A stretch of DNA of 45,464 nt from assembly GCA_035572355.1 (NCBI GenBank), contig DATNAT010000329.1, positions 1 through 45,464 on the forward strand. The letters run 5' to 3'. The stretch's first letter is position 1; the number at the start of each line of letters is the position of its first letter. This document shows, in pieces, positions 16,017-24,180 of the stretch. A program made the translations under genes and the position numbers. The notes below the pieces were generated by a model, which was not told where the DNA came from, searched no databases, and saw nothing but the letters and a program-made list of their open reading frames with translations. The DNA is from Gemmatimonadaceae bacterium. GTDB lineage: Bacteria; Gemmatimonadota; Gemmatimonadetes; Gemmatimonadales; Gemmatimonadaceae.

Positions 16017-16651
16017 TCGCCCTCGACGACGCGGCGGAGCGCCTCGACGTCGACCTGCGGCGTGTCGGCTGATTCGACGCCGGGCATCGCCGGCTGAAGC
16101 GCGCGCGGGATCGTAGTCACGAAGCGTGCGCGGACACAGCCTCGCGTCTCGCGCAAGGCGATGCCGAGCGAGGCGCCCTGCCGCGTGAGCATCGCCTCGT
16201 CGCACACGACGACGTCGAACGGCGTGTGCGCGGCGAGCTTGAGCGCCATATCGCTCGACGCAGCGGTGATCACCGCGTGTCCCCGCGACGACAGGAAGCT
16301 CTCAATGCGGGCGAGAGTCGCCGCGTCGGCACTGGCGACCAGCACATCGAGCGCGCGAACGACGCCGGTGCTCGCGATGCGCCGCCCCGAGAGAACGAGC
16401 AGGTTGTGGACGATCGCAGCGGATCGAATCGCCTCGTTGTTGATCATCTCGAGCGCAGCGCGATCTTCGGCCGGCCACGGGCGCTTGAGCAGCAGTTGGG
16501 CGAAGCCCATGATCGCAGCGAGTGGATTGTTCAGCTCGTGCGCGAGTCCGGCCAGTGTCTGGCGGAGCTCGGAGACGTTCGAATCCGGCGCCCGGGCGGC
16601 GGGCGAGTCGACCGGTTTCTCTCCAGCGGGCGAATCAGGGTCTCGCGCCAT
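16013..16651 (-). CDS. HisKA (DHp)-receiver protein lacking a HATPase_c domain
   Basis: The H-box LAGLAHELNNPLAAIMGFAQLL and the DHp helices are followed directly by a receiver-like segment (VLVASADAATLARIESFLSSRGHAVITAASSDMALKLAAHTPFDVVVCDEAML). No N, G1 or G2 ATP-binding boxes are present in the 212 aa. Confidence 0.65.
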   Translation of the reverse strand: MARDPDSPAGEKPVDSPAARAPDSNVSELRQTLAGLAHELNNPLAAIMGFAQLLLKRPWPAEDRAALEMINNEAIRSAAIVHNLLVLSGRRIASTGVVRALDVLVASADAATLARIESFLSSRGHAVITAASSDMALKLAAHTPFDVVVCDEAMLTRQGASLGIALRETRGCVRARFVTTIPRALQPAMPGVESADTPQVDVEALRRVVEGD

Positions 16652-16836
16652 GCTGGTTGTCTGTCATGTACGGCCGGCTGTTCATGAGTTTTCCTGCGGA
16701 CGCTGGGAGGGCAGCACTTAACGTTGTATTTCGACAGTTAAAGCCGTACTGGCTCAGCGCGGGCTTGTTTCGCCTGGTCCCAGAGGGCCTAAACTATGGA
16801 TCACGTCGATTGGCCTGGATAGCCCTCGCCAAATGC

Positions 16837-16865
16837 GTTTTACCGACATATACTTAACGCGTCAA
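16837..16865 (-). promoter_or_regulatory. Candidate sigma-70-type promoter facing the HisKA-REC gene
   Basis: The reverse strand reads TTGACG (16865-16860), a 17-nt spacer, then TAAAAC (16842-16837). It lies in the 246-nt A/T-richer divergent intergenic region. Confidence 0.3.
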
Positions 16866-16897
16866 TTATTTACCACGAGCTAATTGAGGAGCGGCGC

Positions 16898-17479
16898 TTG
16901 AAGGATCAGGATGCTGCATTCGAGCGGGAAGCATTACCGTGGATCGATGATGTGTATCGTTTCGCGCTATCGCTCACTCGCGATGAAAGCGACGCCGACG
17001 ACGTCGTGCAGGACACCTTCCTGCGCGCCTACCGCTCGTGGCACACGTATCTGCCGGGCAGCGACTGCCGGCGCTGGTTGTTCACCATCTGTCGCAACGT
17101 GTTCCTGCGTTCACGCGAGCGCGCGCGTCCCACGGTCGAGCTGGATGCGACCGACGTAGATGCCGCGGCGGCCGGGTCGGTCTATGCGATCGCCGCGCGC
17201 GAAGGGTATGAGGACATTTTTTCCCGCCTCGACCTCGTGCCCGCGATCAGCGACGCCCTGGACAGAGTTCCGGAACCATTCCGCTCCGCGCTGATTATTG
17301 TGGATGTGGAAGATCAATCGTACGAGTCGGCCGCCGAGATGCTTGGCGTGCCGATTGGTACGGTCCGGTCCCGGCTGTTCAGAGGTCGACGCCTGATGCA
17401 GGAGCAATTGCTCACGTATGCCATCGACGCGGGGTTTGCCCCCCGCATGGCGTGCGTCGAGCAGCGACGAAATGCCTGA
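16898..17479 (+). CDS. ECF sigma factor (SigR/SigH-like by partner)
   Basis: Region 2 reads VYRFALSLTRDESDADDVVQDTFLRAYRSW...WLFTICRNV. Region 4 reads FRSALIIVDVEDQSYESAAEMLGVPIGTVRSRLFRGR. The TTG start is preceded by GAGGAG. Confidence 0.85.
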   Translation: MKDQDAAFEREALPWIDDVYRFALSLTRDESDADDVVQDTFLRAYRSWHTYLPGSDCRRWLFTICRNVFLRSRERARPTVELDATDVDAAAAGSVYAIAAREGYEDIFSRLDLVPAISDALDRVPEPFRSALIIVDVEDQSYESAAEMLGVPIGTVRSRLFRGRRLMQEQLLTYAIDAGFAPRMACVEQRRNA

Positions 17480-17741
17480 TACCCTCTCCGAGGTCATTCC
17501 AACAGAGTGCATGGAAGTGGTGCTGCATCTCTGGGACTACCTCGATGATCAACTGACCGCCGAAGCGACGACGAACCTGCGGGCGCACATTGCCGTGTGC
17601 CCGGAGTGCTACGCGTTTCAGGCCTTTCAGCGAGGCTTTCTCGATGCGCTCGCCGGCCTTCGCCGGCCGCAACGCGCACCCTGGCGCGTCAAGGCGCGCG
17701 TGCTGGCGTCACTCGCCGAAGCCGGTCTCCGAACGCACTGA
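17472..17741 (+). CDS. Zinc-binding anti-sigma factor (ZAS, RsrA-like)
   Basis: The gene overlaps the sigma gene by 8 nt. The HxxxCxxC motif is HIAVCPEC, and an upstream Cys (TECMEV) sits about 26 residues before it, as in redox-sensing RsrA-type factors. There is no TM segment. Confidence 0.75.
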   Translation: MPDTLSEVIPTECMEVVLHLWDYLDDQLTAEATTNLRAHIAVCPECYAFQAFQRGFLDALAGLRRPQRAPWRVKARVLASLAEAGLRTH

Positions 17742-17752
17742 CCCGGGCGCGA

Positions 17753-18238
17753 TCAGGCGCCGGGCGTCCATACTTTCTGCCGGACCGCCGAGCCGCGCTC
17801 GCCATTCAGCGTGAGGACGGTCTCGACGACGATGTCGGCGCCCAGTGAGGCGGCCACTGAGCAATAGTGCTCGAACGAGAGCTGAATCGCGCGCTCGGCC
17901 TGATCGCGCTCGACGTCGGCGCCGTCGATCTTGAACTCGAGCGCGACTCGTGTCAGGCGCCGCGGAAAGTCGGAGCGGCGTTCGCCGGTCACGAGCACGA
18001 CCATGCGCTCGACAGGCGTCTTTCGTTTGGCGATGATCTCGACGACGTCGACGCCGGAGCACGACGCGAGGGCGCCGAGCAGCGTCTCGACGGGCCCGGG
18101 GGCTTCCTTGGCGTTCGCGTCGATGCGGTGGGTGCGGCCAGCGGGCCCGGCGTCGAACAGCCGTTCGCCGCGCCACGTCACTTCGGTTCTCGTGATGACC
18201 GGCGACGGCGGGCCGGCCGGTTGGGTCGAAGTCGACAT
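17753..18238 (-). CDS. OsmC/Ohr-family protein (putative hydroperoxide reductase)
   Basis: GPVETLLGALASCSGVDVVEI... and the second Cys in FEHYCSVAASL fit the OsmC fold pattern. The ATG at 18238 is preceded by AGGAG. Confidence 0.75.
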   Translation of the reverse strand: MSTSTQPAGPPSPVITRTEVTWRGERLFDAGPAGRTHRIDANAKEAPGPVETLLGALASCSGVDVVEIIAKRKTPVERMVVLVTGERRSDFPRRLTRVALEFKIDGADVERDQAERAIQLSFEHYCSVAASLGADIVVETVLTLNGERGSAVRQKVWTPGA

Positions 18239-18246
18239 CCTTGCTC

Positions 18247-19131
18247 CTATCGTTCGATCGGGGCGCGGACCGCGTTGCCCCACTCGGTCCAGCTCCCGTC
18301 GTAGTTTCGAACGTTCTCATAACCGAGCAGGTACCGCAGGACGAACCAGGTATGGCTCGAGCGCTCACCGATTCGGCAGTACGCGATCACGTCGTCGGTC
18401 GGGGCCAGCCCCTGCTCGTTCTCGTAGATCGCGCGCAGCTCGTTCGCCGGTTTGAAGGTGCCGTCGGGGTTGGCGGCTCTGGCCCAGGGGACGCTCTTCG
18501 CGCCGGGAATGTGGCCGCCGCGCAGCGCGCCCTCCTGCGGGTAGTCGGCCATGTGCAGCTTCTTCCCCGAGAACTCGTCCGGCGACCGCACGTCGACGAG
18601 CGCCGCGTTGGCGCGCAGGTGCTTGCGCACGTCGTCCATGAAGGCGCGGATCGGGGCGTCGTTGCGCGGCTTGGCACTGTACGACGTCCGCTTGGGCGGC
18701 GCCGACTCGGTCGTCATCGGGCGGCCCTCCTGCTCCCATTTCGTGCGGCCGCCATCAAGGACTTTCGCATTCGTGAATCCAAAGAGCTGGAAAACCCAGA
18801 ATGCGTACGTCGCCCACCAGTTGCTCTTGTCGCCGTAGAACACGACGGTCGTCGATTCGTCGATCCCCTTCGATCGGAGCAGCGCCTCGAACTGCTCGCG
18901 CGAGACGTAGTCGCGCACGACGGGATCGTTGAGGTCGATGTGCCAATCGACCTTCACTGCACCGGGAATGTGTCCGGTGTCGTAGAGCAGCACGTCCTCG
19001 TCGCTCTCGACGATGCGGATCGAGGGATCGTCGAGATGCGCGCCGAGCCACTCCGTCGTCACGAGCGCCTCGGGGTGCGCGTAGCCCTTGACGGCGAGCG
19101 CGGGGTCCAGCAGCGGAGCAGTGGTCGTCAT
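18247..19131 (-). CDS. sseA: Thiosulfate/3-mercaptopyruvate sulfurtransferase (tandem rhodanese)
   Basis: There are two rhodanese halves, and the active-site loop is [16 protein letters not shown] (CRxGxR). I prefer the ATG at 19131 over the TTG at 19152. Confidence 0.8.
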   Translation of the reverse strand: MTTTAPLLDPALAVKGYAHPEALVTTEWLGAHLDDPSIRIVESDEDVLLYDTGHIPGAVKVDWHIDLNDPVVRDYVSREQFEALLRSKGIDESTTVVFYGDKSNWWATYAFWVFQLFGFTNAKVLDGGRTKWEQEGRPMTTESAPPKRTSYSAKPRNDAPIRAFMDDVRKHLRANAALVDVRSPDEFSGKKLHMADYPQEGALRGGHIPGAKSVPWARAANPDGTFKPANELRAIYENEQGLAPTDDVIAYCRIGERSSHTWFVLRYLLGYENVRNYDGSWTEWGNAVRAPIER

Positions 19132-19144
19132 CGTATCGTGCGGG

Positions 19145-19477
19145 TCATCCAATTCGGGTTCCGTTGGCCACCGGCTGATCGATCGCCAGCAGCACCACCT
19201 CGCGCTCGCTCGGCATGGCGCCGAGCACGAGCACCTCGCTCACGTATCCGGCGATGCGGCGCGTGCCCAGGTTCACCGCGGCAACCACCTGGCGGCCGAC
19301 CAGCTGATCGGGCCGATAGTGCATGGTCAGCTGAGCGCTCGAACGCTTTTCCCCGAGCTCCGGCCCGAAGTCGATGCGCAGCTTGATCGCCGGCTTCCGC
19401 GCTTCGGGAAAAGGCTCGGCCTCGAGCACAGTGCCAACCCGCATCTCGATCGCAAAAAAGTCGTCGGCGGTGGCCAT
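19145..19477 (-). CDS. csaA: tRNA-binding-domain protein CsaA
   Basis: [32 protein letters not shown]....SSAQLT..Y....[23 protein letters not shown] is the characteristic CsaA/tRNA_bind OB-fold pattern, at 110 aa. Confidence 0.8.
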   Translation of the reverse strand: MATADDFFAIEMRVGTVLEAEPFPEARKPAIKLRIDFGPELGEKRSSAQLTMHYRPDQLVGRQVVAAVNLGTRRIAGYVSEVLVLGAMPSEREVVLLAIDQPVANGTRIG

Positions 19478-19480
19478 GGG

Positions 19481-20281
19481 TCAAACATACTCGGGCAACC
19501 AGTCGGCGATCGTTTCGGCGACAGCCTGCCAACCGCGCTCGACGATGAGCATGTGGCCGTGTCCCGCGAACAGTCGAACGGGTGCACCGTAGCGTCGGCC
19601 CACGCGCTCGGAAATCCGGCGCGGAATGAAGTGATCGTCGTCTCCCGTCACGACGAGCATCGGACATCTGATGCGCCGCGCGTCGACCGGGACGCCGGTG
19701 ATCGACATGTCGCGGCCGGCGCGCCCGCTGTCGGGCACGAGCGACGCGATGAGTGCATTCTGCTCGGCGGGCGAGAGATGGTCGAGCACGAGGTCACGGA
19801 GATCGTTCGCGCCTGGTTTGACGAGTCGCGAGCCGAGGATCGCGGGCAGATACTTGAGCTGCTTGAGGGCGACGCGCGGCGACAGCACGCTGATGCCGCG
19901 CGGCGGCGCGGGAGCGACGAGCACGGCGGCGCGGATGAGCTGTTCGGCGGCGAGGAGCTGGACGAGAAGCCCGCCCATCGAATGCCCGACGGCTGCGGGC
20001 GCTCCGTGATGGGCAGCGATGTGCCCGACGACGAGCCGCGCATCGTCGACAAAATCGGCGATCGAGGCGCGGCCGAGGGACGCGCTCGGCTCGCTCCCGC
20101 CGCGCCCGCGAAGGTTGAGCGCGTAGGCGGGAAACCCGCGGCTGGCGAAGAAGGCGAGCCAGTCGTTCCAGACGGTCGCGTCGGCGAAATAACCGTGGAC
20201 GAACAGCACCGCCGGACGCGTGACTCGTTCCGGCCGTGCATGCAGCACAGTGATTCGCTCGAGCTCCAGTCGCTCGATCAT
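19481..20281 (-). CDS. Alpha/beta-fold hydrolase
   Basis: PAVLFVHGYFAD... is followed by the nucleophile elbow GHSMGG and a C-terminal GHGHML. I chose the start at the ATG at 20281 (MIERLELERITVLH) because the longer ORF overlaps the divergent ferredoxin gene. Confidence 0.75.
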   Translation of the reverse strand: MIERLELERITVLHARPERVTRPAVLFVHGYFADATVWNDWLAFFASRGFPAYALNLRGRGGSEPSASLGRASIADFVDDARLVVGHIAAHHGAPAAVGHSMGGLLVQLLAAEQLIRAAVLVAPAPPRGISVLSPRVALKQLKYLPAILGSRLVKPGANDLRDLVLDHLSPAEQNALIASLVPDSGRAGRDMSITGVPVDARRIRCPMLVVTGDDDHFIPRRISERVGRRYGAPVRLFAGHGHMLIVERGWQAVAETIADWLPEYV

Positions 20282-20356
20282 CGCCCGCGGCGCGATAACT
20301 TTCTCGCCGGCGGCAACCCTCCATCCGACATGACGCTTCCTCCGCTCGAGCCAACG

Positions 20357-20671
20357 ATGCAGCCCTACTCGCGCCATATACTGGTGTGCGTGGGCGGATT
20401 CTGCTCGCCCGACCGGCGCGGCGCCGAGCTCTATCGATTGCTGCCGTCGCTGCTGCAGCGTGAAGGCTTGCTCTTCGGGCCCAACCGGGTCAAGCGCGGC
20501 GAGACGCCCTGTCTCGGGGTGTGCACGGGCGGGCCGATCGTCGTCGTGTACCCTGAAGGCGTGTGGTACGGCGGCGTCACTCCGGCGCTGCTCGAGCGAA
20601 TCGTCGTCGAGCATCTCGGCAGAGGGCGCGTCGTGCGCGAGGCAGTGTTCCATCGCCTGACGCCGCCCTAG
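20357..20671 (+). CDS. Thioredoxin-like [2Fe-2S] ferredoxin
   Basis: MQPYSRHILVCVGGFCSPDRRG...PCLGVCTGGPIVVVYPEGVWYG carries four Cys in the CxxxxC...CxxxC arrangement of the TRX-like Fd family. An ATG at 20330 is an alternative start. Confidence 0.7.
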   Translation: MQPYSRHILVCVGGFCSPDRRGAELYRLLPSLLQREGLLFGPNRVKRGETPCLGVCTGGPIVVVYPEGVWYGGVTPALLERIVVEHLGRGRVVREAVFHRLTPP

Positions 20672-20724
20672 CAGCGCGGAGCCGCTCATTGCGCGCGGCG
20701 CCGAACGGCGGCAGTTTGTCGCGC

Positions 20725-20991
20725 ATGCCGAGCGACATTCTCTACCAGCGCGTCATGGGCCATGGGCCGTCGGTACAGATTCGCGTAACGAGCGCGAGCG
20801 GCGAATCGCCGATCACAGCCATTCTCGAAGTCGACCGGCGCGCGGGCACGCCGCGGGCGGGCGTGGGCACGCTCCCCGGGTTGGCGCATTGCGAGGCGCC
20901 GAGCGAGGCGGACGTGCTCGCCGCGCTCGAGGTGCAGGCACGCGACGACCGGACGATCGCCATGCTGATGCGTGAGAAAGGGCTTCGCTAA
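20725..20991 (+). CDS. Hypothetical protein (88 aa)
   Basis: An ATG sits at 20725 inside the 20563 ORF. Third-position GC is high and I recognise no motif. Confidence 0.45.
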   Translation: MPSDILYQRVMGHGPSVQIRVTSASGESPITAILEVDRRAGTPRAGVGTLPGLAHCEAPSEADVLAALEVQARDDRTIAMLMREKGLR

Positions 20992-21299
20992 GGTTTCTTG
21001 GCGTCGTCGTAGGCCGCGAGCTCGTCGTTCAGGATCCGCAGCAGGCGCGGCCACACGTGCACGGCGTATCGGAAGAAGCTGTCGCGCGCCTCGGCGTTGT
21101 CGTGGAGGAATTCGCTGAGGCGGCGGTGGCCTTTGAGCGTGTTGCAGGCCCTACAGGCCGTCACTAAGTTGCCTTCCGAGCGATCGCCGCCTCGAACGCG
21201 CGGCTGGACGTGATCCAGCGTGAGCTCGTCGGCGGGGAACTGGTTGCCGCAGTAGCAGCACCGGAAGTGGTCGCGCTCGAAGATTCCGCTCCGCTTCAA
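20988..21299 (-). CDS. Small HNH endonuclease
   Basis: FERDHFRCCYCG...LTLDHVQPRVRGGDRSEGNLVTACRACNTLKG is the HNH Cys/His-Asn-His motif. The TTG at 21299 is preceded by GGGAGG. The track extends the ORF to a GTG at 21446, but that stretch has only about 45% third-position GC by hand count. Confidence 0.7.
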   Translation of the reverse strand: MKRSGIFERDHFRCCYCGNQFPADELTLDHVQPRVRGGDRSEGNLVTACRACNTLKGHRRLSEFLHDNAEARDSFFRYAVHVWPRLLRILNDELAAYDDAKKP

Positions 21300-21439
21300 T
21301 GGACAACCTCCCAAATTCCCGACGCATGGCGATGGACCGGGCGCGTCGGTATCTGCTCGAGCAGATCGGCGGCGATCCGTTGCAACGCACTGACGATTCT
21401 CCACCTCGTCTGACCCTTCACGCTCTCGAGAAGATTCGT

Positions 21440-21622
21440 ATGTCACGCTCCCGCGAACGCATTCTGGCCAATCTGGACGAGATGTACAGCGAAGCGTTCG
21501 AACGAGCCAAGGAGAGCGGGGACGCCGCCCAGATGGCGACCCTCGACTTTGCCTACCGCCGCGAGCAGCTGTACTTCGAGATCCTGCTCGACGTCCGCGA
21601 CGCGATCGAGAAGCGCGGCTAG
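21440..21622 (+). CDS. Small hypothetical helical protein (60 aa)
   Basis: The ATG at 21440 opens MSRSRERILANLDEMYSEAFERAKESGDAAQMATLDFAYRREQLYFEILLDVRDAIEKRG. Third-position GC is high. The stop TAG overlaps the TerC stop (CTAG). Confidence 0.45.
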   Translation: MSRSRERILANLDEMYSEAFERAKESGDAAQMATLDFAYRREQLYFEILLDVRDAIEKRG

Positions 21623-22560
21623 CCGGCGGCGCCGCCCGCCCGATCGTCGCGCTTCGGCACCACCATCGATGCGACGATCGACAGCGCCAACACCGAAAGG
21701 ATCACGGCCAGCGACAGCTCGATGTCGACGTGCACGACGCGGTCGAGCAGCATCTTCGCTCCGACGAAGCTGAGGATCACCGCCAGGCCGTACTTGAGCA
21801 GATGGAAGCGGTCGACGACCGCGGCGAGCAGGAAGTACAGCGAGCGTAGGCCGAGCACCGCGAAGATGTTCGACGTGAAGACGATGAACGGATCGGTCGT
21901 CACGCCGAAGATCGCCGGGATCGAGTCGATGGCGAACACGAGATCGGTAGCTTCGACGAGCACGAGGACGAGCAGCAACGGCGTCGCGACGCGCCGCCCC
22001 CCTTCGACCGTGAAGAAGTGCTTGCCCTTGAAGTCCGCCGAGATCGGCACCCAGCGCCGCACGAGGCGCACGATCCGGTTCTGTTCGCCGTCGAACGAAT
22101 CGTCGCGCTTGATCGCCATCCGCACACCAGTGTAGATGAGCAGCGCGCCGAACAGATACAGCACCCAGTGGAAATTGGAGACCAGCGCCGCTCCCGCGGC
22201 GATGAACAATCCGCGCATCACCAGGGCGCCGAGAATGCCGTAGAAGAGCACGCGGTGCTGACAGCTCTTCGGCACTCGGAAGTATTCGAAGATCAGCACC
22301 ATCACGAAGATGTTGTCCGCGCTCAGCGACTCCTCGATCACGTAGCCGGTGAGGAAGGTGAGCGCAACATGATGGCCGCCGATCAGGTATAGACCGAGCG
22401 CGAACAGCAGGGCCAGCGCGACCCAGACGACCGTCCAGATTCCGGCCTCGACCGGGCGCACCTCGTGTGGCCGGCGGTGGAACACGCCGAGATCGAGGGC
22501 GAGCATCGCCAGCACGAACCCGATGAAGCCGACCCAGAACCAGACGGTGGTGTGGAGCAT
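21619..22560 (-). CDS. TerC-family integral membrane protein
   Basis: MLHTTVWFWVGFIGFVLAMLALDLGVF...EESLSADNIFVMVLIF...VEATDLVFAIDSIPAIFGVT carries the two conserved TerC acidic motifs. The 711-aa track ORF is an upstream extension. Confidence 0.85.
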   Translation of the reverse strand: MLHTTVWFWVGFIGFVLAMLALDLGVFHRRPHEVRPVEAGIWTVVWVALALLFALGLYLIGGHHVALTFLTGYVIEESLSADNIFVMVLIFEYFRVPKSCQHRVLFYGILGALVMRGLFIAAGAALVSNFHWVLYLFGALLIYTGVRMAIKRDDSFDGEQNRIVRLVRRWVPISADFKGKHFFTVEGGRRVATPLLLVLVLVEATDLVFAIDSIPAIFGVTTDPFIVFTSNIFAVLGLRSLYFLLAAVVDRFHLLKYGLAVILSFVGAKMLLDRVVHVDIELSLAVILSVLALSIVASMVVPKRDDRAGGAAG

Positions 22561-22587
22561 GGGTGCATCAAAGGTAGCGAAGTTCGA

Positions 22588-24180
22588 ATGACCGACGCAT
22601 CGCTTGCCGTGGTGAACGCGCGCATCTGGACCGGCGATCCGGCGCGGCCGTGGGCCGAAGCGCTCGTCGTCGAGGGCGAGCGAGTCGCGCACGTCGGGTC
22701 GAGCGCAGAAGTGCGGAAGCGCGTTGCGGCACCGGCGCGCGTCATCGATGCGCGAGGCATGCTGATCACGCCCGGCTTCATCGACGCGCACGTGCACTTT
22801 CTTCAGGGCGGGCTGGCGCTGGCATCGGTGCAATTGCGCGACGCCGATACGCCGGCCGAATTCTCGAGGCGGATCGCCGAGCGGGCGGCGAGCATGCCGC
22901 GCGGCCGCTGGATCACACATGGGGATTGGGATCACGAGCGGTGGGGCGGCGCGCTGCCGCGCCGCGGTTGGATCGACGCCGTGACTCCGGACCATCCGGT
23001 CTGGGTGAACCGCCACGACTCGCACATGTCGCTCGCCAACAGCGCGGCGTTGCGCGCCGCCGGCGTCACGCGCGACACCGGGGACGTCGCCGGCGGCACG
23101 ATCGTGCGCGATGTCGACGGCGAGCCGACCGGGCTGTTCAAGGACAACGCGCGCCTGCTCGTCGATCGAGCCGTTCCCCCGCCGACCGATGCGGAGCACG
23201 ATGCCGCGCTCGACGCCGCGATGCGGCACGTCGCGGCGAACGGTGTGACCGCCGTGCACCACATGGGGACGTGGGAGGATCTCGCCGTATTCGAGCGAGC
23301 ACACGCCGGCCGACGGCTCGGAACGCGCATCTATGCCGCGGTTCCGCTCGCGACCTGGTCTCGCCTCCGCGATCGAGTGGCGGCCACCGGACGCGGCGAC
23401 GCCTGGCTCCGCATTGGCGCGCTCAAGGGCTTCGTCGACGGATCGCTGGGGTCTCATACCGCGGCGATGCTCGAACCGTACACCGACGCGCCGCACGATC
23501 GCGGGTTGTTCGTGACGTCGCCCGCGGATCTCGGCGCCTGGTGCAGCGCGGCCGACGCAGCCGGCCTGCACCTCATCGTCCACGCGATCGGCGACCACGC
23601 GATCCGCGTTCAGCTCGATGTCTACGAGCGCATCGCAGGCGAGCATGGTCCGGGCGACCGCCGGTTCAGGATCGAGCACGCCCAGCACGCGGCGCCGAGC
23701 GATCAACCTCGCTTCGCGTTGCTGAACGTCGTGGCGAGCATGCAGCCGTATCACGCAATCGACGACGGTCGCTGGGCCGAGCGAGTGATCGGCGCTGAGC
23801 GAGCCCGCTACACCTATCCGATTCGCTCATTGCTCGACGCCGGCGCGCGAATCGCGTTCGGCAGTGACTGGCCCGTGGCGCCGGCGACGCCGCTCGAAGG
23901 CATCTACGCCGCAGTGACCCGACGCACGCTGGACGGCGCGCATCTTGGCGGATGGCATCCCGAGCAACGCGTCACCGTCGAGGAGGCGCTCAGGGCGTAC
24001 ACGAGCGTGGCCGCGTTCGCCGGCTTCGCCGAGCACGAGACGGGAACTCTGACGCGCGGGAAGCTCGCCGACTTCACGATGATCGATCGGGACATCACGC
24101 GCGCGCCACCCGAGTCGCTCGCCGAGGCACGAGTCATGATGACGGTCGTGGGTGGACGAATCGTTCATGAAGCCATCTGA
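22588..24180 (+). CDS. Metal-dependent amidohydrolase (Amidohydro_3/YtcJ-like)
   Basis: VVNARIWTGDP...VVEGERVAHVGS...ITPGFIDAHVHFLQGG carries the HxH metal motif, followed by VHAIGD and a C-terminal FGSDWPV. Confidence 0.8.
   Translation: MTDASLAVVNARIWTGDPARPWAEALVVEGERVAHVGSSAEVRKRVAAPARVIDARGMLITPGFIDAHVHFLQGGLALASVQLRDADTPAEFSRRIAERAASMPRGRWITHGDWDHERWGGALPRRGWIDAVTPDHPVWVNRHDSHMSLANSAALRAAGVTRDTGDVAGGTIVRDVDGEPTGLFKDNARLLVDRAVPPPTDAEHDAALDAAMRHVAANGVTAVHHMGTWEDLAVFERAHAGRRLGTRIYAAVPLATWSRLRDRVAATGRGDAWLRIGALKGFVDGSLGSHTAAMLEPYTDAPHDRGLFVTSPADLGAWCSAADAAGLHLIVHAIGDHAIRVQLDVYERIAGEHGPGDRRFRIEHAQHAAPSDQPRFALLNVVASMQPYHAIDDGRWAERVIGAERARYTYPIRSLLDAGARIAFGSDWPVAPATPLEGIYAAVTRRTLDGAHLGGWHPEQRVTVEEALRAYTSVAAFAGFAEHETGTLTRGKLADFTMIDRDITRAPPESLAEARVMMTVVGGRIVHEAI

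Noticed and set aside
16017-16205. An N-terminal extension of the EamA transporter ORF (388-aa version).
   Set aside because: It overlaps the 3' end of the HisKA-REC gene in another frame and encodes an Arg-rich non-membrane segment. The TTG at 16016, which abuts the upstream stop, is more plausible.
21300-21446. An N-terminal extension of the first HNH gene to the GTG at 21446 (152-aa version in the track).
   Set aside because: Third-position GC in this stretch is only about 45% by hand count, against over 80% in the rest of the gene. It would overlap the divergent 60-aa ORF. A TTG at 21299 with a GGGAGG Shine-Dalgarno gives a family-typical ~100-aa protein.
21619-23754. A 711-aa ORF suggesting a TerC fusion protein.
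   Set aside because: The N-terminal ~400 residues are antisense to the amidohydrolase gene and Arg/Asp-rich. The TerC family N-terminus (MLHTTVWFWV...) starts at 22560.
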